Assembly: GCF_965208355.1 (NCBI RefSeq)
Contig: NZ_CBDBOM010000003.1
Coordinates: forward strand, 193,394-257,393
Length of the DNA stretch: 64,000 nucleotides
DNA from: Candidatus Poriferisocius sp.
Lineage (GTDB): Bacteria; Actinomycetota; Acidimicrobiia; Acidimicrobiales; Bin134
Direction: 5' to 3'
A program made the translations under genes and the position numbers. Below, one piece after another: positions 35,553 through 44,286 of the stretch; within the stretch, counting starts at the first letter, position 1; every line of letters starts with the position of its first letter. Under the pieces are notes generated by a model. That model did no database searches, was not told where the DNA came from, and saw only the letters and a list, made by a program, of their open reading frames with translations.

Positions 35553-36797
35553 ATGGAGCTTGGCACTTGGAGTGAGCAGAGCGAGCGTCTGTGGGAGTTG
35601 GCCAGCGGGGAGGGGATGCCGCGACGCCAGTTTCTGGCGCTACTGGTTGCCGGTGGGGCCGCGGCGGTACTGGCGGCCTGCGGTGGCCGCGGTTCGTCTT
35701 CGGTGTCCATTACCGGCGGCCCTGTCTCGACCGTTTATCCGGCCGCGCTGTTCAAAGATCCGACGCCGTTCATCCAGCGGGGTGCATCGCTTGAGTCCCG
35801 CCTGGAGTTGATGCCAGGGCTGATCACGCCCAACGACCTGTTCTTCGTCCGCAACAACTCCACCAGCGTCGATTTGTCGGTCGACGATTGGTCGCTAGTC
35901 GTCGAGGGCGACGCCGTGGAGCAGCGCCTCGACCTCAGCTACGACGACATCCATCGCCTACCCAGCCGCTCGGTGACCGCCTATCTGGAATGCGCGGGCA
36001 ACCATCGGGTGATGTTCGACCGGTTGCAAGGCCGAGCGGCCGAAGGAACGCAATGGGGACGGGGCGCCATTGGCAACGGCATTTGGATCGGCGTCTCATT
36101 GGCCGATGTGCTGACTTTGGCCGGGTTGGCCGATGACGCCGTCAGCGTGCTGTTGGTGGGGCTGGACGAGGATTCGCCCGAGGGGGGCTTCCAGCGGGTT
36201 CTGCCGCTGGAAAAGGCCCTGGATCCCGACACGATCCTGGCCTATGAGATGAACGGCGAGCCGCTGCCCCGAGACCACGGCTTCCCGCTTCGGGCCATCG
36301 TCCCCGGTTGGGTGGGCAGCTCGCAGATCAAATGGCTGGGCCGCATTGTGGTGTCGGCCGATCCGCAGTGGACCCGCAACAACACCACCTCCTACGTGAT
36401 GATCGGCGACGACTACACGCCTGAGGGAGAGGCGCTGGGCCAAGTGGTGACCGAGCAGAACATCAAGAGCGCATTGGCGCTGCCGTGGCCGGCTCGGCTG
36501 GATGCCGGCGAGCACACCTTGAGGGGCTACGCCCACTCACCCCACGGGCAGATTTACCGAGTGCAATACAGCGATGACGGCGGGGCCAATTGGCGTGACT
36601 CACGGGTGCTCACCCCGCAACCCCAGCATTCGTGGGCCCAATTCGAGTTCGACTGGTCAGCCACCGCCGGCGAGCACGCCTTAATGACCCGAGCCATCGA
36701 CATCGCAGGCAACACCCAGCCCGATCGGGTTCCCTTCAACCAAAAGGGCTACCTGTTCAACCAGCCCCTGCCCCATCCCATTCGGGTGAGCGCGTAA
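35553..36797 (+). CDS. sulfite-oxidase-family molybdopterin oxidoreductase, Tat-exported predicted lipoprotein
   Basis: Twin-arginine motif PRRQFLALL followed by lipobox LAACGG. The YLECAGNHR molybdenum-Cys motif is present, with a C-terminal Mo-co dimerisation-type domain. The alternative start at 35616 gives a shorter n-region. Confidence 0.85.
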   Translation: MELGTWSEQSERLWELASGEGMPRRQFLALLVAGGAAAVLAACGGRGSSSVSITGGPVSTVYPAALFKDPTPFIQRGASLESRLELMPGLITPNDLFFVRNNSTSVDLSVDDWSLVVEGDAVEQRLDLSYDDIHRLPSRSVTAYLECAGNHRVMFDRLQGRAAEGTQWGRGAIGNGIWIGVSLADVLTLAGLADDAVSVLLVGLDEDSPEGGFQRVLPLEKALDPDTILAYEMNGEPLPRDHGFPLRAIVPGWVGSSQIKWLGRIVVSADPQWTRNNTTSYVMIGDDYTPEGEALGQVVTEQNIKSALALPWPARLDAGEHTLRGYAHSPHGQIYRVQYSDDGGANWRDSRVLTPQPQHSWAQFEFDWSATAGEHALMTRAIDIAGNTQPDRVPFNQKGYLFNQPLPHPIRVSA

Positions 36798-36804
36798 CGA
36801 AGAT

Positions 36805-37710
36805 CTACAACCCCATGTCGTGGTAGTCGGGGACTTCGTAGCGTCCGATGGCCTCGGCTCGGCGCTGGAGGAGAGCGACGGTGTCCTCGATGTTGCGGCC
36901 GATGATGAACCGGCGCTGCTCCACGCAGTCGACCACGAAGTTGCCGTGTTCCACCAGATCGGCCACCTGGGGTTCCTCACCCCTGATCTCGGTCAAGATG
37001 TCCTTGAGTTCTTGGAAGGTCATGCTGCGCCGTCCGGTGGAGTCGCCTACCCGGGCGAAGTGATCCGGCCGGTTGCGCTGGGCCGTGAACAGGCCGGTGT
37101 CCAGCATGCCCCCTGACGGGTAGAGCACCGAGGCCCGCAGGTCGCTGCCCTCCCGGATCAGGTTGACGTGCACCGTCTCGGTGAAGCAGCTCACCGCAGC
37201 CTTGGAGGCGGCGTATACCGAGGCGGTGGGCACGGGGGCGAACCCACCGTCGCCCGAAGAGGTGTTGATGATCTGGCCGGGCTCTCCGCCGGCCAGCATC
37301 CGGGGCACGAACTCTGTGGTGCAGATGGCCACGCCGAATACGTTCACGCTGAAGCACCACCGCCAGTCGTTGGGTTCTTGCTCCCAGGGTTTGCCGCCCC
37401 CACCGGAGGTGACCCCGGCGTTGTTGAAGAGCAGATTGCATCGCCCGTGGGCCTCGTAGACGTGATCGGCCAAAGCGGCCACCGAGGCCTCATCGGCCAC
37501 GTCGGTGGGCCAGCCTGACACCGGGCCCAGATCGGACAGCTCGGCCACAGTGGCCTCTGTGGTGTCGGCCTCGACATCGGCGATGACCACGGTGGCGCCT
37601 CGCTGCAACAGAGCGGTCACGATGCCCTTGCCGATGCCGCCAGCCCCTCCGGTGACCACCGCCACCATGCCGTTGACGTCGAGACGCTCAGATGGGGTGT
37701 CGCTGCTCAT
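36805..37710 (-). CDS. SDR oxidoreductase
   Basis: VAVVTGGAGGIGKGIVTALLQRGATVVIADV. AGGAGG precedes the ATG. 301 aa. Confidence 0.85.
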   Translation of the reverse strand: MSSDTPSERLDVNGMVAVVTGGAGGIGKGIVTALLQRGATVVIADVEADTTEATVAELSDLGPVSGWPTDVADEASVAALADHVYEAHGRCNLLFNNAGVTSGGGGKPWEQEPNDWRWCFSVNVFGVAICTTEFVPRMLAGGEPGQIINTSSGDGGFAPVPTASVYAASKAAVSCFTETVHVNLIREGSDLRASVLYPSGGMLDTGLFTAQRNRPDHFARVGDSTGRRSMTFQELKDILTEIRGEEPQVADLVEHGNFVVDCVEQRRFIIGRNIEDTVALLQRRAEAIGRYEVPDYHDMGL

Positions 37711-37773
37711 AGTGCCTCCTGTGGTTGGCCGACCCGAAGTGGTCTAGCAGTTTTTTCGCGACCCGCCTAACGC

Positions 37774-40077
37774 TCAGTCGGCGTTGAGGGATTCCCGGGC
37801 GATTTGGGCGGGATCGGGAGGCGCAGCGCCGGGCGTGGAGATGTCGACATGGGAGATGACGCCGGTCCAGGGGAAGGGGGGCTGGTAGTCGTCATTGACC
37901 GGGAAGCCGGTGTCGTGGCCGATGACCAGCCCGGTGCCGCCGTTCTGCCAGGAATTGGGGAACGTCCGGTCGAGCTCCATCCGGGCGGTGGTCTCGCCGT
38001 CCACCAGCAGCTCGACGATGCTTGAGTCTGGAGACAACGGCTGGTACCGGCACCCCAGGGTGGCGGCGTCGGAGGGAACCGGTGGGGTGGCCAGGCGGAA
38101 CTGGTCGCCCGACAGGCAAAGGCCCAGCACCAGGGTGCCGTCCAACCCGTACAGGGCCAAGCCACTGGTCCAATCGCCCATTGCCCACAGGATGCCCTCG
38201 GCTCCGCCGGGGCCCACCGTCACGGCAGCGTCGATGGTGAACCCCCGCACCAGCACCGGCATTACCTCGTCGGCCACTCGGCCTGCGCCCGGTCGGTACC
38301 GGGCCTGGGCCGGGGGCGGATAGGCCGGCGGATAGATGGCCGGCATCCGCCCGGCGTAGCCGTCGTCGAGGGGCAGCACGCCGTAACGCTCGGCCGCCGC
38401 CCACCACGCGGCTTCAAGCTCGGCCAGCTTCTCGGGGTGCTCATCAGCAAGGTCGTGGGCCTCGGAGAAGTCATCGTCTAGGCGGAAAAGCGCCCAGGTG
38501 TCGTCGTCGAATGAGCGGCTGCCCTCCATCATTGCCACTTCATCGCCGTGGGCCTGGGCCACATGGTCGGTGGTGGCCTTCCAGCCGTCCAAGTACATGG
38601 CTCGCGACCCCTGGACTTCGAAGTACTGCTCGGCTCGGGGCGACGGGGCATTGGCGTCGTCGAAGGTGGCGGACAGGCTGGCCCCGTGCAGGGGCGTCTG
38701 GGCCACCCCGTCTACCGACTCGGGAGCGTCCACCCCGCACAGCTCCAGCACGGTGGGGGCCAAATCTATGGCGTGACAGAACTGGGTGCGCACCTCCCCC
38801 TGAGCGGCGATGCCGGCGGGCCAGTGCACCACCAGTGGGGTGCGGGTGCCACCTAGCCATGCGTAGCGCTTCCATAGCCGGAATGGGGTATTGCCGGCCC
38901 AGGCCCAGCCCCAGGCGTAGTGGTTGTAGGTGCGGGGGCCGCCCAACTGGTCGAGCCATTCCAGGTTGGCGGCCACCGACTCGGGGAGGCCCTTGGTGAA
39001 CCGGTGCTCGTTGACCGAGCCCACATGGCCGCCCTCGGCGCTGGCCCCGTTGTCGGAGCACAAGATCACCACGGTGTTGTCGAGCTCGCCGATGGCCTCC
39101 AAGTGGTCGATCACCCGGCCGATCTGGGCGTCGGTGTGGCTGACGAACCCGGCATACACCTCGTGCATGCGGGCGAACAACCGCCGGGCGTCGGGGTCGA
39201 GTTCATCCCAGGGCTGTACCCACGAGGGCCGCTCGGTGAGGGTGGTGCCCTCCGGTGCGATTCCGGAGGCCAGCTGGCGCTCGAAGGCCCGATCCCGCCA
39301 CCGGTCCCACCCGTCGTCGAACATCCCCCGGTAGGGCTCCACCCACTCGGGGGTCACGTGGTGGGGGGCGTGGGTGGCCACCTCGGCGTAGTAGCAGAAG
39401 AACGGCTTGTCGGGGGCGGCGTGCTTTTGGTCGGTGATGTGGGCGATCGCCTGGTCGGCCAGATCGGCGCTGAGGTGGTAGCCGTCGTCGTAGTGGGCCG
39501 GTGCTTTGATGTAGTGCTGGTCGCGCACCAGGTTGGGGGCCCAGCAGTTGGCTCCCCCGTGGAGCACTCCGTAGTAGCGCTCGAAGCCCACACCTGTGGG
39601 CCACAGGGTGAACGGCCCGGCGGCGCTGCGCTCGCCCCGGGGGGCGAGGTGCCACTTGCCGATGGCCATGGTGCCCCAACCAGCGTCGCGCAGAATGCGG
39701 GGCAGCATGGCCGCCGACGGGGGGATGCGGGCGGTGTAGCCGGGGAACCCCATGGTCATGTCGGACAGAAAGCCCATGCCCACCGCGTGGTGGTTTCGAC
39801 CGGTCAACAGAGCGGCCCGGGTGGGCGAGCACAGGGCGGTCACGTGGAAGCGGTTGTACGACAGGCCACCGGCGGCCAGCCGGTCAATGTTGGGGGTGGC
39901 GAAGTCGGCCCCGAAACAGCCGAGTTGGGCGAACCCGGTGTCGTCCAGGAGGATGACCACCACGTTGGGCGCTCCCTGAGGAGCACGGGCCAGCTCTGGA
40001 GGACGTGGGGACGACTCGGCCACGGTGAGCCCGATGTCGGCTGCGGTCCCTGACGTTGTGGTTGACGCTTCGGCCAT
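37774..40077 (-). CDS. Cys-type arylsulfatase (long AtsA-like form), no signal peptide
   Basis: VVVILLDDTGF metal site and the formylglycine motif CSPTRAALLTGR (nt 39817..39831). 767 aa including a ~250-aa C-terminal domain. The N-terminus is hydrophilic. Confidence 0.9.
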   Translation of the reverse strand: MAEASTTTSGTAADIGLTVAESSPRPPELARAPQGAPNVVVILLDDTGFAQLGCFGADFATPNIDRLAAGGLSYNRFHVTALCSPTRAALLTGRNHHAVGMGFLSDMTMGFPGYTARIPPSAAMLPRILRDAGWGTMAIGKWHLAPRGERSAAGPFTLWPTGVGFERYYGVLHGGANCWAPNLVRDQHYIKAPAHYDDGYHLSADLADQAIAHITDQKHAAPDKPFFCYYAEVATHAPHHVTPEWVEPYRGMFDDGWDRWRDRAFERQLASGIAPEGTTLTERPSWVQPWDELDPDARRLFARMHEVYAGFVSHTDAQIGRVIDHLEAIGELDNTVVILCSDNGASAEGGHVGSVNEHRFTKGLPESVAANLEWLDQLGGPRTYNHYAWGWAWAGNTPFRLWKRYAWLGGTRTPLVVHWPAGIAAQGEVRTQFCHAIDLAPTVLELCGVDAPESVDGVAQTPLHGASLSATFDDANAPSPRAEQYFEVQGSRAMYLDGWKATTDHVAQAHGDEVAMMEGSRSFDDDTWALFRLDDDFSEAHDLADEHPEKLAELEAAWWAAAERYGVLPLDDGYAGRMPAIYPPAYPPPAQARYRPGAGRVADEVMPVLVRGFTIDAAVTVGPGGAEGILWAMGDWTSGLALYGLDGTLVLGLCLSGDQFRLATPPVPSDAATLGCRYQPLSPDSSIVELLVDGETTARMELDRTFPNSWQNGGTGLVIGHDTGFPVNDDYQPPFPWTGVISHVDISTPGAAPPDPAQIARESLNAD

Positions 40078-40085
40078 GGCGGTTG

Positions 40086-40838
40086 CTAGCGGCGCGACCG
40101 GTAGTCAGCCCCGGGAATGGTGGCGAAGGGGAAGGGCTCGGGCTGTCGATCTTTGAACAAGGCAAAGCACTCGCCGGTGAGGCCCGAATCGAGAATGGCC
40201 ATGGCCGCTTCGGCGACCTGCTCAGCGTCCATGATGATCATGCCCGCGGCTTCTAACTGTTCTCGGTTGCCGCCCAGGAACCCGGTTCCCACCATGGCCG
40301 GGCAAACGGCGTTGAGGCTGATGCCCCGCTCGACCAGAGTGGGAGCGGCGCTGCGGACCAACGCGGCAATGGCGTGTTTCGAAATGGAATAGCCCAAGTC
40401 CACCGGCAGCGGGCTGAATGAGGCCATCGAGCCGGTAACCAGCACATGGCCGCCCCCGGCTGCTTCCAGCAGCGGAGTGGCAGCCCGCAGGCCATAAACC
40501 ACACCGTGCTGGTTGATTCCGATGATTCGGAGATAATCCTCGTCGCTCATCTCGGCAATGTCGGACAATCCCATAACAATCCCCGCGTTGAGGTGGGCCA
40601 TGTGCAGGTGGCCGGGATCGTCCGCTATCTCCGCGGCCAGCGCAGTCCAAGCCGAGGAATCAGCCACATCGAGGTGGCGATACCGTCCGCCAATCTCATC
40701 GGCCACCTGTTGGCCGGCGTCGTCGGCTACGTCGGCGCAGATCACGTGGGCTCCGGCCTCTGCGTAACGGCGAGCACAGGCCGCGCCGATTCCCGAGGCT
40801 GCTCCGGTCACCATGGCGGTCTTTCCCGACAGGTCCAC
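40086..40838 (-). CDS. SDR oxidoreductase
   Basis: KTAMVTGAASGIGAACARRYAEAGAHVICADV, 250 aa. Confidence 0.85.
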   Translation of the reverse strand: MDLSGKTAMVTGAASGIGAACARRYAEAGAHVICADVADDAGQQVADEIGGRYRHLDVADSSAWTALAAEIADDPGHLHMAHLNAGIVMGLSDIAEMSDEDYLRIIGINQHGVVYGLRAATPLLEAAGGGHVLVTGSMASFSPLPVDLGYSISKHAIAALVRSAAPTLVERGISLNAVCPAMVGTGFLGGNREQLEAAGMIIMDAEQVAEAAMAILDSGLTGECFALFKDRQPEPFPFATIPGADYRSRR

Positions 40839-40840
40839 GG

Positions 40841-41716
40841 TCAGCTCGCTGACTCATTGGCGCCTCGGGCGAAGGCGTCTTCGGTATTCAAGTCGTACAG
40901 GCCGTTGATGAACTGGAGCGGGGGTTTGGTGGTGTATTCCTCTTCCGCCCGGCTGGGCATGATGTTCTCCCGGTGGCGCAGATCCCACATGCTCTCGCAC
41001 CGCCCGGAGTATTCGTCGGGCTGCTCCAGCATCCAGATGATGCCGTCGGCAGGCACCGAAGTGGGCTCCCAATCGGTGAGATCGACATGGCCCATGTTGG
41101 CCAGTGTGCCCTCTGAGGCCACCGGGATGTCGATGCGGAAGCAGTTGACCGCGATGCGGTCGGGGTGGAGCTGGCGGGCCAGATCGGTGGTCATCCGCTC
41201 CAGGGCCAGCTTCGACATGCCATACGACATGAGCCCCGGCACCGGGCGCAGCGCAGCTTGTGACGACAAGCTGAGGATGCGTCCCCTCCCCGCGGCCCGC
41301 AGGTGGGGCAGCGCAGCCCGCACGGTGAGCAGCGGGGCCCGCAAATTGATGTCCATGATGAGGTCGTAGCGCTTGAGAGGGATGTCCACTTCGCCGACGA
41401 AGGTGACCGCGGCGTTGTTCACAATTACGTCGAGTCGGCCCCAGGTCTCTACCGGTGCGGCCACCATGGCCTCGATGTCATCGGCCGAGGTCAGATCGGT
41501 GGGAACGGCCAATGCCTCGCCCCCAGCGTCGATTACCGCCTCGACGGTCTCGTCGATGGTGCCGGGGAGCGGCTTGGGCGACGCCTTGGTTGACCGGGCC
41601 GCGCATGCCACTTTGGCTCCCTTGGCCGAGGCCGCCAGTGCGATGGCCGCGCCGACCCCCCGGCTGGCCCCCGTGACCAGTACCACCTTGCCGGCGAGAT
41701 CGAAAGGTTCAGACAT
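40841..41716 (-). CDS. SDR oxidoreductase (HSDL2-like)
   Basis: KVVLVTGASRGVGAAIALAASAKGAKV...NNAA...YGMSK catalytic motifs, 291 aa. Confidence 0.85.
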   Translation of the reverse strand: MSEPFDLAGKVVLVTGASRGVGAAIALAASAKGAKVACAARSTKASPKPLPGTIDETVEAVIDAGGEALAVPTDLTSADDIEAMVAAPVETWGRLDVIVNNAAVTFVGEVDIPLKRYDLIMDINLRAPLLTVRAALPHLRAAGRGRILSLSSQAALRPVPGLMSYGMSKLALERMTTDLARQLHPDRIAVNCFRIDIPVASEGTLANMGHVDLTDWEPTSVPADGIIWMLEQPDEYSGRCESMWDLRHRENIMPSRAEEEYTTKPPLQFINGLYDLNTEDAFARGANESAS

Positions 41717-41781
41717 CAGCGTTCCATGGCATGCGTCGCTACCCTAACCAAAGACCTCTTTCCGGCCTGAGTGGAGCGTGA

Positions 41782-42630
41782 GTGGGCGAGTATCGACATC
41801 TGAGTGTGGCACCGGTGAGCGGATGCATCGGCGCGGAGATTGCCGGAATCGACCTGAGCGACGACCTGGCCGACGAGGCGGTGGCCGAGATTCGCCAGGC
41901 ATGGCTGGACCACTTAGTGGTGTTCTTTCGGGACCAGCACCTGACCCTTGACCAGTACTCGGCGTTCGCTCGCCGCATCGGCACCCCCGGCCGCTATCCG
42001 TTCGTGCCCGGGCTGTCTGATCATCCCGAGATCATCGAGGTCAAGAAGCTGCCCCACGAGACCGTCAATTTCGGCGGCATCTGGCACACCGACACCGCCT
42101 ACCTGGAGCAGCCGCCCATGGCGTCGATGCTCTTGGCCCGGGAGGTGCCCGCCGCGGGCGGCGACACCGAGTTCGCCAACATGTACGCCGCTTACGACGC
42201 CCTGTCCGGCGGCCTGAAGGAGTTCCTGCGGGGCCTGCGGGCGGTGAACAGCTCGGCGATGGCCGACGTGTCCAAGACCCGGGAGGACCGCATTGCCGAC
42301 GCCAACGAGGCCGGTCACTCCTCAGCGGAGAGCTATGAGGCAGTCCATCCGGCGGTCCGCACCCACCCCGAGACCGGTCGGTTGGCCCTCTACGTCAACG
42401 TGGCCCACACCGCCCGATTCGAGGGCATGACCGAGGAAGAGAGCCAGCCCCTGCTGCGGTTTCTCTTCGCCCACCAGTCGAAGGCCGAGTTCACCTGCCG
42501 ATTCCGCTGGGAGGTGGGCTCATTGGCACTGTGGGACAACCGCTGCGCCATGCACAATCCCATCAACGACTACCACGGACAGCTCCGGGTCATGCACCGC
42601 ATCACCTTCGAGGGCGACGAGCCCCGCTAG
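41782..42630 (+). CDS. TauD/TfdA-family (taurine dioxygenase-like) Fe(II)/2OG dioxygenase
   Basis: LDHLVVFFRDQHLT...WHTDTAY...GGDTEFANMYAAY...WDNRCAMH. Full-length, 282 aa. Confidence 0.9.
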   Translation: MGEYRHLSVAPVSGCIGAEIAGIDLSDDLADEAVAEIRQAWLDHLVVFFRDQHLTLDQYSAFARRIGTPGRYPFVPGLSDHPEIIEVKKLPHETVNFGGIWHTDTAYLEQPPMASMLLAREVPAAGGDTEFANMYAAYDALSGGLKEFLRGLRAVNSSAMADVSKTREDRIADANEAGHSSAESYEAVHPAVRTHPETGRLALYVNVAHTARFEGMTEEESQPLLRFLFAHQSKAEFTCRFRWEVGSLALWDNRCAMHNPINDYHGQLRVMHRITFEGDEPR

Positions 42631-44189
42631 ACGATCCGGGATTCGGAGTCGGTGGGCCAGTAGCGGTCCCGCAGATAGCGCTTCATCAGCTTGCCGTTGG
42701 GATCGCGGGGCAGCGACTCATCGAAGTCCACCCCCCGAGGGCACTTGAAGGTGGCCAGCCGTTCCTCGCACCAGCCCAACAGAGCGCTCTCCGTGTCGTT
42801 TCCCGCGCGGTCCGGGTATACCAGTTGGACCACAGCCCGCACCTCCTCGCCCAGGTCGTCGTTGGGGACGCCGATCACCGCCACATCGGCCACGTCGGGG
42901 TGCATGATCAGCGCATCCTCGATCTCCTGGGGGTAGATGTTGACCCCGCCGCTGATGATGGTGTGGGCCACCCGGTCGGTGAGGTACAGATAGCCCTCCT
43001 CATCGAGGCGCCCCATGTCGCCCAGCGTCCGCCAGCCGATGGGGTGGGCCACGGCCGCGGTCCGCTCGGGATCGTTGTGGTACTGGAAGTCCCGCCCGCC
43101 GTCGAAGTACACCACCCCGACCTCGCCGGTGGGCACTTCGTTGCCGTCGGGTCCGACGATGTGAACCGGCTGAAGCGGCCGCCCCACCGACCCGGGGTGG
43201 GCCAGCCACTCCTCGGAGGTAATGGAGCTGTGTCCGATGTCCTCGGTGCCGGCGTAGTACTCGAACAAGATCGGCCCCCACCACTCGATCATCTGCCGCT
43301 TGACCTCCACTGGGCAGGGGGCGGCGGCGTGGACGGCCACTTGCAGGCTGGACAAGTCGGCCGCTTCTCTCACATCGGCGGGCAACTTCAGCATGCGGGA
43401 GAACATGGTGGGGACGAACTGGGCATGGGTTACTCGGTACTCGGCGATGAGGCGCAGGCATTCGGCCGGGTCGAATCGCTCCATGAGCACCACGGTGCCC
43501 CCCACCCGGTGTACGCACATGCACCACACCAGAGGGGCCGCGTGATAGAGGGGGGCGGGCGACAGATACACGCTGGTGTGGTCTACGCCGTAGTTCCCAA
43601 TGGCCAGCGCGGTCTGCACCGCAGGGTTGGCCGGATCGCCGATGCGGGTCTGGGCGGTCGGCTTGCGGATGCCTTTGGGCCGACCGGTAGTGCCCCCGGA
43701 GTACACCATCTCCCGGCCTTCGCCCTCGTCGGCCAATGGCGCGGTGGGCAGGTCGGCGGCGGCTCGGGCCACCGGCTCGAACCCGTCTGGGGCGTCGGTG
43801 CCGGTAGTGAGGCGCACCGGTACCCGGGCTAAGTCCAACTCAGCCACCACCGGGGCAGTTCGACCCGACGTCATCACCGCCGCGGCACCGCAGTCGTCGA
43901 GCACGGCCTGGATCTCGCCGGTGGTGAGGTGGTAGTTGATTGGCGTATAGATCAGTCCGGCCAGCTGGGCGGCCCAGACCACCGCCATCGACTGCGAGGT
44001 GGTCTCCGACACAATGGCCAGATGGTCACCGGCATTGAGGCCCCGTGCCCGAAGCAAATGGGCCAGCCGGTTGGCCTCCTCGTCCAACTCTTGGTAGGCG
44101 ATCATCTCGCCGGTCCGCCCCATGATCACCGCCGGTTGGTCGGGTGATTGGGCTGCGAAACGGCGGGGATGGAGCATCTCCGAGTCCAT
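42627..44189 (-). CDS. AMP-dependent acyl-CoA synthetase/ligase
   Basis: YSGGTTGRPKGI AMP motif and a C-terminal LPRDPNGKLMKR motif. The start is ATG 44189 (MDSEMLHP...) or 44177. The 130-aa track extension is Ser/Ala-rich and non-homologous, so it is rejected. Confidence 0.85.
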   Translation of the reverse strand: MDSEMLHPRRFAAQSPDQPAVIMGRTGEMIAYQELDEEANRLAHLLRARGLNAGDHLAIVSETTSQSMAVVWAAQLAGLIYTPINYHLTTGEIQAVLDDCGAAAVMTSGRTAPVVAELDLARVPVRLTTGTDAPDGFEPVARAAADLPTAPLADEGEGREMVYSGGTTGRPKGIRKPTAQTRIGDPANPAVQTALAIGNYGVDHTSVYLSPAPLYHAAPLVWCMCVHRVGGTVVLMERFDPAECLRLIAEYRVTHAQFVPTMFSRMLKLPADVREAADLSSLQVAVHAAAPCPVEVKRQMIEWWGPILFEYYAGTEDIGHSSITSEEWLAHPGSVGRPLQPVHIVGPDGNEVPTGEVGVVYFDGGRDFQYHNDPERTAAVAHPIGWRTLGDMGRLDEEGYLYLTDRVAHTIISGGVNIYPQEIEDALIMHPDVADVAVIGVPNDDLGEEVRAVVQLVYPDRAGNDTESALLGWCEERLATFKCPRGVDFDESLPRDPNGKLMKRYLRDRYWPTDSESRIV

Positions 44190-44286
44190 CGGCGGGACGA
44201 TAGTTGCTTCAGCGGTCGGACGAGTTTTCCGCTGAGTCTCGGCTATAGGGTGAGGCCTGCCATGAGCGATCCGGGAGAAATCAACC

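Noticed and set aside
37711-37773. Possible intrinsic terminator in the spacer between the sulfatase and SDR genes (T-run CAGTTTTTTCGCG).
   Set aside because: On the transcribed minus strand the run is poly-A, not poly-U, and it is not preceded by a convincing GC hairpin. The spacer mainly carries the AGGAGG ribosome-binding site of the SDR gene.
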